A DNA stretch of 64,000 bases, from positions 51,150,001 to 51,214,000 of the forward strand of contig JANJGN010000008.1 of the NCBI GenBank assembly GCA_026770705.1, read 5' to 3'. The position numbers were made by a program, and so were the translations under genes. Under the pieces are notes generated by a model that ran no database searches, was not told where the DNA came from, and saw only the letters and a program-made list of their open reading frames with translations. The DNA comes from Isurus oxyrinchus (lineage: Eukaryota). Positions 49,401 through 64,000 of this stretch are shown here, one piece after another; positions within the stretch are counted from its first letter, which is position 1; every line of letters starts with the position of its first letter.

Positions 49401-51574
49401 ATGGTTAGGAGGCATCAGTGAATTTGGAAGGCTGATTAAACTTTGTGTTCTAAAGCAATTGCCTATTCTATATAATCAGATGTAATATAAACATTTTTTT
49501 TATACAGGAAAATTTGTGTAAATATATCTGATATTCAATACTTCTAATATATTGATCTGTATAATTACAATTGAACAGTGATAGGGTTAGTGATATTTAT
49601 TGCCCAGTTTCACACTAGTTACAACACCGCTGCTGAAATGTTGTGCTACATGAATATAACAACTCTCAGATTACAGTAGCACCTAATTGTTTTTGCAAGT
49701 AGTAAAAGGCAACTGGCAGGGCAAGTACTGGCAATGGCTGTTAAACACAGCATTATAAAAAAAATACAAAAAAAAGCATCAAATGTTACAATAAAAATTC
49801 CTTAATGTTACATTGTCATTTGCACCGAATCTTGGAAACCCTCAAATGGTAGATGAGAAATATCTAGGTTCACAACTATCAAGAAATGCCTACTATAAAT
49901 GGCTAAACTTTTCTGCTAAACAATGAAAAATGAATGTGCTTAACGGTAATATTTAGTACCTCATGTATACATTTTACTGTACAAGGATTTAAAACATTTC
50001 TTATGCAAAGTGCAGCTCTGATTTAAATGACTTGAGCCAGGAATTATTGTTTACACATGTTTAGATCAAAGCAGCCCTTGCTTTACTCACGACAGGAAAG
50101 CATAGTTCTGAAAACTTTACCACAATGCTTATAGAATTCTATAAACAAACCACACAAAAGCCAAATAGTCTAAACTATATAACAAGGAGTTTTATCTCTA
50201 CATAATCCCAAATAACAAGGTCACAACTGACTGAAGAACTACAGAAAGAAAACTGGGAAAAACCCAGAAAGAACAAAACAAGACCTTTACAGTGATTAGT
50301 GACCTAGAATGTATGTAATACTTTCAACTTGCCAGCAACAGATAATCCACATGAATGCAACAGTCACTAGCAACCAGTAAGACATAAAACATTTTTATAG
50401 GTTGTACAACAAAAAGGAAATCAAATTATGTATATAGTGTTAATACTGTGATATTATAAAGTGCAGAATAATCTGTGCCTTTAGAATGTTCTAAAATATG
50501 ATATTAACCAAACAGGAAATGTAATCTGGAAGAGATGGCCCCCGTAAAATGTTGTCATTGACATGTCACTCGCTCAGATTCCCACTCAATATTAGGATGA
50601 CCCTTCCCCCTACAAAGTAAATAAATGCAATTTCCTCTCTTTACAGGTAACAGTAATTCAGGCAATAGCTTGCTACATGAATGCACTCACATTAAAAGTT
50701 CCCTATCAATTGTTAATTATGTACCATCTGATAGAATGCATATAATTTGACAACTAATCTAAATACATTAAATACCAGTAACTCACATTCACAGTTAAGA
50801 GCAAAATTATCATAACCTAACTTAAAATGTGCTACTTGCTTTGTTAATCATAGGTTAACATTTGTCTGTAAAAATCAAACAACTTTGCAGTTCATTTAAA
50901 TGCCTTTTTTAATAATTTGCTTCATGTTCACAGAAGTTCCACTGACCAGTTTTATATGTTTAAGGTCCAGATGCAATGCATATTGTATAAAAGAGAGCAC
51001 TTCTTAATAGTTTTACCTTGCATGAATAAACCTATGTACCTTTTAACTCTACAGACTTCTGCANNNNNNNNNNNNNNNNNNNNNNNNNNNNNNNNNNNNN
51101 NNNNNNNNNNNNNNNNNNNNNNNNNNNNNNNNNNNNNNNNNNNNNNNNNNNNNNNNNNNNNNNNNNNNNNNNNNNNNNNNNNNNNNNNNNNNNNNNNNNN
51201 NNNNNNTTATTTACGTGTTCTTCTAAAATATCTCTCATTTTGTGCTAAGTCAAATGTTAGCTCACATGAAAAGGACTTATTTCATTATAATTCAGCATAT
51301 TATCTGACGATTGCAAACACTTTTAATAGCTTGAACGTGTACAAAAGTCTTGGTTAATTAGGGAAATAAACACTCAGTTTTTGTTTATCAAGTAGGAAAC
51401 ACAGTTCATAATGTTATTACTTAGCAGCTGCTTACGGTTTACACGGTTGATAAGTGGACGAACATCCAGCGATGGGTGACAAGTCGAACTGTCAGTTGTG
51501 GAGGTTTGGTGGGTGGTGCTCCCTCGTAGTTAAACAGTTACAGTTTTACAGGAAGTGTTTTTATTACAGTTTTA
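46500..51574 (-). other. Probable long 3' UTR region of PURA
   Basis: AT-rich sequence directly downstream of the stop with no recognisable TE. Candidate minus-strand AATAAA signals (plus-strand TTTATT) near 49596, 48018 and 47114. The true end is unknown. Confidence 0.5.
51064..51206. other. Assembly gap
   Basis: Run of N. Confidence 1.
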
Positions 51575-52510
<936 letters not shown>

Positions 52511-55500
52511 TTTACAACCTCCTTACCTCCCGGTCTGCCTCCAACTGCTCAAGTATCGCAGAAAAGCAGCTGATGTCTGCCCTCGACAAAGTGAGACATT
52601 GAACACCGATAATAGGGGTAAAGTGATGGGACAGCATTTGGTCTCCATTCCATCACAACAAGCATTTTTAATCATTCCAATTTCGCTACCCTAGCTAACT
52701 GTTCAGTGCTCTTGAAAGTCTCCCACATTAATAACATAATATGCTAATTTTATAGTAGGTATTTATTACCTAACAAGCCAATTTTGATAAACATTCCGAC
52801 TCAAAAAATGTTGAAACATAAACACAATGCGGAACATAATGCAACTTATGTTGTTTTAGTGCATATAAATAACAGCAGTTGATAAGCAAAATGGCTGCAT
52901 TCCCTAGCAAATGCATAAAGCTATTACAAACATAGTAAATAAATCAGTGGCACTTCATATGCTGGAGTGACACTTCGTTTAGTCACTATTTTGTTTTGCA
53001 CATTAAATATTTTGCATATCTCAAACCAAACGGCACTAAAATACATTGCTCTTACTAGAAACTGGAAAACAATAAAGAAAATTCAAATTGTAAGATTTAA
53101 ATTTTTCTTTTTACTGTAAATCAGGTTGATTTAAATGGGGGAAAATATGGATAATCCCCGAATTTAGTACATTATCTTCACAATAATTTGTAACCCTTCC
53201 ACATAATTGATGAAATGTGTACTTTTCTCTGATAATTTGTCAATATTTTATATGAAATTACATTGCACTAAACGATTGTTTGTGCATTGCGAATTTGTTT
53301 TCACTAAGTATCAATATGCAATAATTATATTTAACATATTTTGAAGAGTTATCCCATATTCCAAGCAAATTGCATTTTCTACCAAATTTGATTGAAAATG
53401 AATATCACGAGATAAATGAAAATGATCGACATATTACTAATGATGTTACAAAAATATAACTAAAGAAAAGCCTGCTAGCACAGAATTATATTGTGATCTT
53501 ACTGTCCGTTTGGTACTGCCTGCATATTGTTGGTTAAAAGGAAATGTAACAAGAGTAGTTTCGGGTTTCAAGCTTTTTCAAATCATTACAATATAAATCT
53601 TTACATAATCTATCTGATCATTTATAAACGCATCGGATCTATAACAAACTTAACTTTTATGATATTTGTTCAAACATGTACTACTAACTAGAAACCATCG
53701 CTTTCTCAATATATTCATGACTAACACAGAATGCAACACGAAATGCTCCTAGAAATGATAACAGTTTGAAACTCAAAGAAAAATCGACACATTATAAAAC
53801 CTTCACAAGGACGGCATCAAGAGCTAGGAATATTAATTTCGATAAAGTATGTTGGTGATTAAAAGTAATAGAAACAGCCGTGTATGTAATCAGTGGTTCT
53901 TCAAAATCTATATATTCGTAGTTCACACGGAAATCCAAATGCTCACAGGACATTACATTTATCAGTTTTATTTCCTACGTCGTAAGTGAAGTTATACAAA
54001 TAAACCCAGGTCTCTATTCTGTAAGGTGCGATTGAACTTCTTATGTGATTCATTCAGCAATCATAATAATATTATATTTAGAAAAAGTACCTTGTATACT
54101 TGCTTCGTTTTCTCTTGTTAGATGCGTGAGTATTTTGTTCGCTATAGTTAACATTGGCAAATAAAATCACAGCCCATATGGCAATCTATGTTGCATTGTT
54201 TCAGATTAAATGTTTCAATATGTTAAAACCATAAACTTTTCCTTATTTCAAGTAACTACTGTCTCTACTTTTAATAAAAACATTGCATTTCATAAACAGT
54301 TGGTAACATGGTTGCTGTTGGATAATGGTGTACTGATCGTGATACTTCGGACCTCACGACTGTGTGGGGCAGTATTAATGGGCCAGATGGGTTTTTTTTG
54401 CCAGGCTGTCACTTTCGTATGTTCGTATGATCTTGAAGTTTTAATTAATACGTGAACGTGATTGAAAGCTAATTAGGAAAGAGAACCGATTTGAAAACAA
54501 AACGATCACGGTGTCTAGCAAAATAAACTTCTGAAAACGTAATAACAAACCGGTTAACAAGCAATAATTAACGCTTTCTAAGGGGGCTTTCGGAAAGTCT
54601 TATTTCTACACTACAGTCAACATTCTCAATTTTACCCGCAGAATAAATCATTGTTTCTAATTTACATCAGATCCAAATGGAAAATATGCTTTAAAACCCC
54701 CGCGAAGAGATTCGCCATCATTTGGAATAATTTCATTAACCAGCGGAAACGAAATTATTCAAACTGAAATATGTAAATAATGTGAAATATTTCCATTCAA
54801 GCTTTTTATAACGGATTTATTTATTTCAGATAACATATACAGCATTTGCACTTAATTAACTTAAATCTTAAGCGGCGGTTGATCGTGACTCCGTTTATTT
54901 TTTTCCGTTAATAGGCAATATCCTCGCTGGATGGAAACTTTAAATCTTTTCAAAATAATTCAATATTCAAAATGTTAATATTAAAATGATTTAATTTGCC
55001 ATTTTTTAAATCCTTAAATTGTTCATTTGATTTCAGTAAATAGACTAAAGTCAGAATTTTGCAATGACCAAAACATTGTCATTATAGCAACCTCCAACCC
55101 CAAACTCGATCAGGACTTGTTTCATCCCAAATCGATCAGGTAAAAGAACGTGCCCAAACCATTGCAAGTATAATGCTAGTAATGTGTTAAGCTTCATTGT
55201 AAATTGTTGGGACAGCAGCGGTTTCAAGGAAGGGATACGCCGCATTGAAGAACGATTGTTCTTCATCAGCGCTATTTTTCTCCCACCATTCGTCAAACTG
55301 ATCTAGTCAATAAATTTGACTTTTATGAGGAACTTCAGTTTTATCCTTTGGAGACAGCGAGCAAGGAGTGCAGTTTTTACTGCGTTAAAAACAATTAAGT
55401 CAGAGTTGTCGCTTAAATAAAATGAGTTTTTCCTTTGGTCAAAATCTTAACTTTTCTTAACGGCCGAAAAGATTAAGAAAAATTATGTTTTCACTATCTT

Positions 55501-55607
55501 AAAACCATGCTTTGGTAGCTTTATTTGAACGTTCATCTTATTGTGAGCTCTCCGCCAGTGATTTTACCTACAACGTCAAACTCCAATTAGTTACCCCGAA
55601 TTATTAA

Positions 55608-56072
55608 AATAATGAAATAAAAACAGAAAGTGCTGGGAATGCTCAGGCATATTCGATTCTCAGTCCCTTAGAACTAGGGGGGTCACTGTTTAAAAATAAG
55701 GGGTCGCTCACTTAAGACAGTGATGAGTAGAATTTTTTCTCCCAGAGGGTTGTGAGTCTTTGGGAAAGGCTGGTGGAAGCAGAGTCTTTGAATATTTATA
55801 AGGCAGAGCTACATAGATTGTTGATTAACAAGGGGGTGAAACGATATGGGGGGTAGGCAGGAATGTGGTGTTGACGTTACATTCAGATCAGCCATGATCT
55901 TATTGAATGGCGGAGCAGGCTGAGCGGCGGTGTGGCCTACTCCTAATTGTTATGTTCATATTGGACTCCAAGCGTTAACCCTGTTTCTCTCTCCCCAGAT
56001 GCTGCCAGCTCAGGTGAGTGTTTCCAGCAGTTTTATTTCAAATTTCTAGCCGCCACAGCATTTTGCTCTTAT
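55608..56072. mobile_element. Penelope-LTR-like palindromic repeat split by a CR1 3' fragment (55654-55956, +)
   Basis: Left arm aaataaaaacagaaagtgctgggaatgctcag; right arm gttaaccctgtttctctctccccagatgctgccag..gagtgtttccagca. Inner CR1 tail cagatcagccatgatcttattgaatggcggagcaggct..ggcctactcct. Possible TSD catatt (55648-55653, 55957-55962). Confidence 0.75.
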
Positions 56073-57728
56073 TAAAATGATGCACGGGCTGTTTTCAATA
56101 TTCTACAGCAACATCAGACCAAGTGGTGTAGGCTTTTTTGCTTATATCAGAGCAAATAGTGTAGGCTTTTTTTGACTATCAGTGGAATATTGGGACAGAA
56201 ATGGGACAAAAAGTTCTTTTTTAATGAATAGCTCATGTGAAAAGTGTATGATATTTTTCAAAACAGATTATCTGTAAAATATGAAGAATAATCAGTCTTC
56301 AAAATAATCGAATGTTACGTTACTTTCGAATAATTGAAAATGAACCTGTTCTATCTACTTAATGCAACAATCTTTAAGCTTCAGGTTTGATAAACAATTT
56401 CTATAAGCAACTCCTCATTTGTCCCTCAAAGGACGAGCAGCGTGGAAATTTTTTCTACAGGAGTTATATAAAGTCAGGTTTCTCAATCACAATGCCCTTG
56501 AAATGCGTTTTTGAAGCAAATGTGCACTTTAGGTACTACAGTCTAAAGGGAAAAATAAGAAGTTATTCATTACGCCCTTTACATCCTGAAACTACTTGAA
56601 CAAGTCATATAGCTTGGGAGTTGCTTTTCGTCACTTGGCATGGTAATGTCTCACCTTTGTCATTGACGCATGACAAAAGTGCATACGCGATGATAGCGTA
56701 TCTTTTTCACAGGATACAGAATAAGTTAACAAGGGGCATTTTTCGAATAGCCACAGAAACCAACGTCAGGCACTTTGGCGAAAGAACATAAAATTGTGAC
56801 CAGCACCCGAAGCAATCAGAATGCGTTCTTCTGTGGTTTAGTGTTTTCTTAATGAGAAATGTCACCCGAGTTGATTATGTATATAGTTGTGTCTTGATAT
56901 GTATGTGTATCTATAATATGTCTTTAAATCTTTCGGCCACGCACAGAAGAGATTGCTGAGCGCGCTGCTGTATTCCAAAATGCAACACAATTCACGCTCC
57001 ACGTTTGTCAAACTAGTTCACTGCATTAATACTTCCAATCAAAACTAGTAAATCAGTTGCGACAAATTTATATCTGGTTCTAAACATTTTTACAAGCTGT
57101 CAGATATCAAATTTTTCACATAAAGAAGGTTAGTGATTTTCCTCATTGTTTGTCAACTGTTAATACAAATATTGAAACAACATAATGAAAAAGGCCCATG
57201 GGTTATTGATAGTTTATTTTATTTACACAAAGAGGATATTTTATTAGATTACAGATTGTGGTTTTATTCATAGAGATAGGAAGATAAGGAATTTCGCAAT
57301 TAAAAGCCAGAAGTGATAGCCAAAGCAAAACATGACCAATGCTTAAAACATCAGAAATTAATGTCTTATCTGGATGTTTTTACAAATTATGTTCTATTAA
57401 AATCTGCAATCAAAGTATTGTGAGAATTTGCTTTTAAGTCTAACCCATTTCTCTTAAAAAATTAAAACCTTTTTTTCTAAAATGCAGCATTTTTTTTATA
57501 TTGATAGTCTGTTGATCTTAGCACAATATATTGACACCAAAACACTGACAGGCGTTTCATTGAAGCAGAGCTCCTTCCACCAATAGGATGGGACTTTTGT
57601 AACCCAAAACTGAGCTAGCAATATTATTGACAATATAGCTGCCTTAAAAAAATGAAGGAAATGTACAATGCCCACTTGACATGCAGAAAAGATCATTAAA
57701 ATAATAAACAGGAGGACTGCGACCTTAC

Positions 57729-57980
57729 CCTGCAGCTTTTCTGATCGCAGACTTTGCAGATCTAGGTGTGATTACCTGTCAGAACTATGATGGCCGAACA
57801 GTGAAGTGCAGTTTATTAGGAAGGCCTGATCAGAGTGCTGCCACCTTGGCACAATCGATGGTGAGAGAAGAGAAAGCGACTCGTCTCACGACATCACGTT
57901 TTCCTGCGTCCGACACGATCTCCAGTACGTCAGGGCAACGCACTGCATGGTCCCGGAACTTCCATCAGGAACCGTGGAGT
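57729..57980 (-). promoter_or_regulatory. Putative distal promoter and non-coding first exon of PURA
   Basis: Local CpG cluster, ETS-like CCGGAA (57953-57958) and CRE half-site ACGTCA (57927-57932). Strong minus-strand donor CAGG|GTAAGG (exon end 57729), compatible with the acceptor at 52422. Confidence 0.5.
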
Positions 57981-59767
57981 CAGAAGAATTGGTGCTGATT
58001 TACTCAGGAGGTCATTTGTAACGACAAGGGAGTATATATATATATATTTTTCCATTCGCTCATCATAACGCTACATTTGTATGTTTTTTTTGCAGAGAGG
58101 GCACCCGTAGAGACCGAACGCGATTGGAAAGTAGCTACTGCATTTCTCATTGTCAAAGCCTCCATAATGTGCTCTGCCAGCGGTGTTTCTTTAAACCCGC
58201 GATTAAATGCTTTTTATCCTGTAATGTCTTAACGGTGTTTCTGGTACTTTTGTGGGTTCCTCAGTGAAGAGATTCTCATACATTATAAGAAAACTGATAT
58301 TTAGGGAGTTGTGAAATGTGCCTCTTCCAATACTATATGGTTAAAATGGAAGCCCACCAGAGGAAAAAAAATGTAATTTTTTTTAAATTCAACCCCAACA
58401 AGGGACTAAGGCTTCTGCAGGTAATTTTCCAGTTTCACGTATTATTGACATTACAGCAATCTGTCCTTTGTGTTAAATATCCTTGAATATTTATGTACAT
58501 ATACAACTTCACTATATAACATTTAAAAATGTTTTTCTATACCGGCACATCGTAATGGTCACAAAAATCGCTGTTTGAATGTACTAATTGGCGGAGTTGG
58601 CTCGAATGGCCTGTTCCTACTCATTTTTTACGTTCTCATGTGGGTTGATTGTAAGAATCACGTTTACAAAATCAGTATTTTCATGGCCGCGTAGATCTGG
58701 GTGTTTTTTGTGTATACTGTCGCAAGGAAGATAATTTGTAAATCGTGAAAATGGAAGAGAGTAGCAATTTAAAGGCTACTAAAGTGGATTCAGATAGTGG
58801 AATTGTCAGGAATGGACTTGGCAGGTATCTTGGAGCAATATGTGCTGAACTCGGCAGGCGAGACACCACAGCAAGAGGAAAAGGCTAAAGTTGAAGGGAA
58901 TAAGGTAAACCGGGATGGTGAAAATTATATTGGCTCAAAGTTCTAGGAAGTTACACAAGAGGAAAGAAGGGGGAAAGAAAACAATTGGATTCCATAAGGG
59001 ATGAGTGATTACTAGCCAATAGGCTAGCATGAATTTAATAATCTGTAAAGAAATGCTGGATCTAGCCTCCAGAAACAATCAACACGAGGAAAAAAATTTT
59101 CTTTACTTACTGTGCTTATACGGTATACGAATGCTTGAACTAGACAGTTGAAGAGAAGGTATCTATAGTGATAGGAAGTGAACAAAACCTAATTCGAATG
59201 GATGAAAATGAATAGAGCATAGTAGGGGTACAGAATGCTCAGGAAGGACAGAACACCTGACAGCAGACCTGACAGGAAGTGAAACATCATTTAGCAAAAT
59301 AATCTGGTTGGAGCTTTCTCATGCAGTAAGAAATTCTAAAATTCCATTGAATAGGTCATTCTAGAGGGTAACACCTAGACAGTTGAAGTTATGGCTGCCA
59401 GTGGTGAAGCAAAGGAAGAGGATTCACAACAGGCCAAAGTCAGAATAATGCTGAGTTCTGACACGGAGGGGTGTGTAGTGCTGGTGGAGATTCTAGGGAT
59501 AGGGAGGAGCAAGGATTTTGTGATCATTATCATTAACATGTTTCTGTTTGTTGGACCATGCTGTGGTCTACTTCAAAAATGCTTCATTGGATATTAAGTG
59601 CTTTGGGATACTGTGAGGTTGTGAAAGGCAATTTTAATGTAATTAAACAGGGAACCTATTCAGCAATTCTAATATACTAACCAATCTTCTCTGGCATTAC
59701 TCATAGGACGTTGGAGAATAATATGGTATAATGGAGAATGTGTAATTGTAAGCAAAATTGAAATTAT

Positions 59768-60497
59768 GATGGCCAGATTTTTCTATCAAAATAGCAGTGA
59801 GGCTAATGGTATTCCTTGTTATGTATGCATAAATGGCACAACAACTTCAGACAAAGGATGGATGCAAAGCTAAACATGAAAATCCAGAGGTTGCTCTTTG
59901 GGCTGCACTGCTCTGCCATTAACTTTGTGGAAGTGACATCTCACAGACTGTCTCACCATTGAAATGCATTGAATTGCATGAAGTTATGTATTGGCATTGT
60001 AGGTACAAATTAAACTCACTACAGAAAGTTAAGTCTTGTTATCTCAAGTCTAAGAACACATTTAATGGCGCGATATGTGTTAATTACTGCCAATCAACCT
60101 TTCTGGTGTGAAAAAATAACTTCTAACTGTGGAGTCTTATTCCTTCAGGTGTTAAATTTTTGGAATGTTAAAATGCAAAATTTTAAGTTTAAACATTTTA
60201 TTTCTTTTCTGCCTCTTTTTCTCTCAATCCAATCTTTTGTTCTCTTTCTGTACCTGATTTATCAATTCACTCACTCTAATTTATATTTCCTTTTCAGTCC
60301 TTGTTTATTTCAGAGTCCTTCAATCTGATTTGTTATGGAGCTACAAAGTTGCTTACTCTGTGCACGCAGCTGCTAGATGCCCTGTTTCCCTTGCTGTAAT
60401 ACTATCTTGCAAAAAATGTAAAAATCTAAATGTGCAAAGCTAATCTCACTAATGGCAGACACTGTTCAATAGCCTGCTAGAGTAAATTGTGAGCCAA
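59768..60497. mobile_element. Probable non-autonomous DNA transposon (MITE-like)
   Basis: Imperfect terminal inverted repeats ggccagattttt / aaattgtgagcc and non-coding interior. Family not verified. Confidence 0.4.
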
Positions 60498-60694
60498 ATA
60501 AATAATGGTAAGAAATTGAAAATTGGGATAAGATGTACATTTAGAAAATATTTATGTAATAAAAGTTTGTGGAAAATGAGGGTCATAATGCATTCTAAAT
60601 AATCAGATATATTCACAACAACAACTTGTGTTATGCTGTGCCTGTATTGTGAAACATTATTCCAGGCTTCTCGGTTGCTATTGCAGGCTTCCGT

Positions 60695-61080
60695 TTTTTA
60701 AATTCATTCATGGGATGTGGTGTCACCAGCAAGGTCAGCGTTTCCTTCCCACACCTATACAGCTGAGTGGCTTGCTAACACATTTCAGAGGGCTGTTAAG
60801 CATCAGTCACGTTCATGTGGGTCTGGTGTCACATGTAGGCCAGACTGAGTAGGGGCAACAGATTTCCTTTAAAGGATAGTAGTGAACCAAATGAGTTTTT
60901 AAAGCAATCTAGTATTTTTATGGTCACTATTACTGCTTTATTTTTATTCCAGATTTATTTAATTAACTAAATGCATGTTTAACAGCTGCAATGGTAGGAT
61001 TTGAACTCATAGCTCCAGATCATTAGTCCAGGCCCCTTGGTTACTTTTCCAGTCACATAACCACTATTCTACCAGACCCT
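60695..61080 (-). mobile_element. tRNA-derived SINE (family of 38470-38850 / 44745-45110)
   Basis: ttcattcatgggatgtgg..ctgagtggcttgcta..catttcagagggctgttaag..tgtgggtctggtgtcacatgtaggccagact..tagtgaacca..ggatttgaactcat. Confidence 0.75.
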
Positions 61081-61229
61081 GATAATACTTTTAAGATACA
61101 GTAAACAGTGTCATTGTGGCTCTACATTTTCAGATATAGTACTCTGAGAATTGATACAGCTATTGCAATTACTGGTTTACAAAAATGTAGGTTTTTAAGC
61201 TTGGAAATTGTATGGTATAAAGGGGGAAT

Positions 61230-61307
61230 ATTTCTGCAGGGTATTTCTGATCTTTAGCCATTTCTCTAGGAGTTCCACCATTTCCAGCTGGAGGACCCTG
61301 CAGAAAT
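61230..61307. repeat. Small MITE-like element with a 13-bp inverted repeat
   Basis: atttctgcagggt (61230-61242) / accctgcagaaat (61295-61307). Confidence 0.6.
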
Positions 61308-62724
61308 TCCAGGCAAAAAACTAAAGAATGCTTGATGAACTTAAAATATTGCCATGTAAATTATATTGCTGCCCTATCCAGTCTTCAGCATATTAAAGCA
61401 ATTCTTTCTAGCCACATTAAATAACTAATTATTAGTTAAGATGCTTCACCTAGCCTCTTAACAGGTTTCAATAATACTGCGAGGTAGATGTTTAAAAGCC
61501 TTCCACCATGCATAACTAATGAAGTGCGTGTTACAGCTTCTGCTTTCTCTCAAAACTTTTGTGTTTATAGCAAAAAGGCGGTTTCCAAAGCAGACCAAGT
61601 CTCCTCTGAACTGAAATTCGCCAGGTCTGAGATGATGTGCCTAGCATTAATAATCACCCTTTCATTGTGAAATCGGCCATTGAAGATCATGTGAGTTGTC
61701 CACAAAAGGCAGAAAATGCCACAATGTCAAATTAAAGCATTTCAGCTGAAATTAATAGTTTTTTCTAAATGGAATAAATAGACAGCAGTAATAAATCATA
61801 GCCACGGGTAACTTCTGTGGAGGCTTTCCTACTATGACTTTAGCAGAAAACAAAAAAAAATGTTATGTAGGGCGTGTCACATTTCGGGGCTAGTTCCTGA
61901 TCTTTCTGCCCCATTACCGCATCCTTATGTGTACTCACTGACCCTGATGGAGAGAAGGAACATCAGCTAGGATCCCTGCTCATAATCCCATCCTGCTGCC
62001 CTGGGAAACCCAAAGCAACAACATTAAAAACTTGTTTTTGCCACTTTTTTAGTGCTTTCACTGAGCTGCAACTAAAGTTACAGACGGAGCTTATAGAATG
62101 CCTGTGGAAATTCAACACAAGCATATTCATTTACGTGCAGTACATGAAACCATTGACTGAATCCTCACGTGCATTCTCCTGGGCTTCCACTGTAACCTGG
62201 GTAGACTTGTGGAGAGAGGGCATAGGCAATTAAAAACATCCACTTGTAGCATTTCTCTTGGGGCTCATTTGATATTCCAACAAAATAATGGTAGGATTAG
62301 GAAGAACCCCATGGAAATTCTGGCCCAGTAAGATTAATCTATAAGGGATTAAAATATTCTTTTTGGAATATATTTCTTACAAAATCTTTCATAGACCATC
62401 ATGATGTGAATGATCTGAAAATTCTGTAGGGGTTCTCCTGATCCTTTTCATAACTGATAGCATATCTCGAGTTAGAATTGAAATTTTTGAAGATAAATGG
62501 CTCCTAATCACCACGAGCCCCATCTTGTAATGTGGAGTGTTAATGGCAGGACAGTTTTTTCTCCAAAATCTTAATCCCTTAATGATACAGCCATCAGAGA
62601 TTAACTTTGTCTATTCAAATTTTTAAAATATTGTAAAAGCCCTGTTTCTTTTGCTCCATTCTGTTGTATTCCTCCCTTATGACAGTAGGATCCAAGAGTA
62701 TCCCCATAAATTACACATGCTAGC

Positions 62725-62835
62725 GATCAAAAACAGAAAATACTAGAAATACTCAGCAGACCAGTCAGCAGTTGTGGAGGAAATTGACTAATTAAGAACT
62801 ATAATTCAATGTTTCCGGCATTTTCTAAGTTTATC
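62725..62835. repeat. Internally deleted Penelope-LTR-like palindromic repeat
   Basis: aaaaacagaaaatactagaaatactcagcagaccagtcagca..tgtggag / tgtttccggcattttct. Confidence 0.55.
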
Positions 62836-64000
62836 TATTCCTATGTTGATTCTCGCACATTAACATTTCAAAGAGATTGCCAGCCATCCAGTAACTTTGA
62901 GCCAAGCAAAGATCAATCAAAGGAAGTCCTTTCAGAATGGATAATTAGAGAATAAGTAAAGTATATTATCACTCTTCTACAGAAACAATAAGCTCTCTTA
63001 GAAATACTAACATAGATCTCTAGCTAAGAGGTGGCTAGAGAGCAGTCGGTGATTTCAACTGCATGGAAGCATAGACTGCATGCCTGGAAATAATAGGAGA
63101 TGAACTGAAATGAAGAAACAATTGTAGGTTTCTGCCTTTGGCAACCAGTATGGCTGTAGGTTTTCAGGATCAGATAGTTGCCATTAGACCCCACTGATTA
63201 GTGGGCGTATAGATCCAGGGCACAGTGAATTGGAAATGACTGGTTTCCACATGACTGATGGTGTCGTCTCACAGGAAAGTCGTTCATGTCATTCCTTTTC
63301 CTTCCCTCACAGAGCACCTTGCTAATGGAATGTAGAGATGAGACCAAGCTGCAGAGATGAAACCAGGAGTGCTTCCCTGCTAAGAGCAAATTTCATAATA
63401 CAGGGCCATCTCCACCCCACACACTTTCTGTAGGGCATGAGCAACCGACTACCTTGTGATCCATTCTCTCAGATCTCTCAGAATCACAAAATTTTTAAAA
63501 AAGGCATGTCTGATACCCATGGGAGCATGACAAGAAAAAGTAGACTGATTGTGTTCATTCACCGTGAGAAAATAGAATGTGCACTGACATGGGGGTTTTG
63601 CCATTGATGGAGGTTAGAGTTCTGAGAGGAATGGATACACTTATGTGATGCTGAAGATGATTGGCATGGTTAGGTAAGGAAAAAGAGGGCTTATGCGTTG
63701 TCAAGTGGAAGGGCAGCAGTTTGAGGGAATGTCCCTTTATTTGATAGGATAGAAGAAAGGGTGGTAAGTCTGTATTATCAAAGGTAAACTTTGTTCCATG
63801 GAAGAGAAGACTTCGGAATGGCTCTTGCACTAAATGTTGTCAGTGTTCCCTTTGCTTCAGCCTGTGGTGCCTTCCGTCTCCATGATAACTAGATATAAGA
63901 ATATGCCCATGTGGAATGCCATATCTGCTCCTGACTGTAGGTGCAGGATGGCAGGTCTGAAAGTCTGCTGATGACCTTGCCTCCTAGTAAGCAGTAAGAA

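Noticed and set aside
50917-51357. 146-aa and 68-aa ORFs spanning the gap next to PURA
   Set aside because: Their length comes from Ns; no coding signature.
36700-51574. IGIP, which lies just downstream of PURA in human
   Set aside because: I found no ORF resembling the IGIP peptide by eye. The 65-aa ORF at 48770-48967 has a non-ATG start and no similarity. TBLASTN is needed to exclude it.

Overview
Vertebrate genomic DNA, almost certainly a cartilaginous fish (shark), judged from its repeat complement: CR1 LINEs, V-SINE, Deu-type SINE, palindromic Penelope-derived repeats and Harbinger. There are three N-gaps. The only protein-coding gene I can support is PURA (Pur-alpha; 51575-52375, minus strand, uninterrupted 266-aa CDS). 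It has a probable non-coding upstream exon ~5.3 kb away and a long, repeat-poor downstream (3' UTR-like) zone. CpG-enriched, promoter-like regions lie at ~4.5-8.3 kb (possibly the 5' end of the next gene; CYSTM1 by human synteny, inference only), ~20-22 kb and ~57.7-58.2 kb. The rest is mostly decayed transposons. The most notable structures read directly from the sequence are: (1) a perfect, spacer-less 182-bp palindrome carrying a minimal hammerhead-ribozyme-like motif on each strand, inserted in a CR1 LINE with a 15-bp target-site duplication; (2) a ~97%-identical inverted copy of part of that same old LINE, 2.9 kb away, with a 54-bp direct repeat (templated insertion); (3) a 142-bp tRNA-derived SINE with an 11-bp TSD and a folded, non-poly(A) tail; and (4) a possible decayed ~2.5-kb exon. 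I see no clear evidence of a new multi-gene system. Repeat family names come from recalled consensus motifs, not database searches, and most repeat boundaries are approximate.
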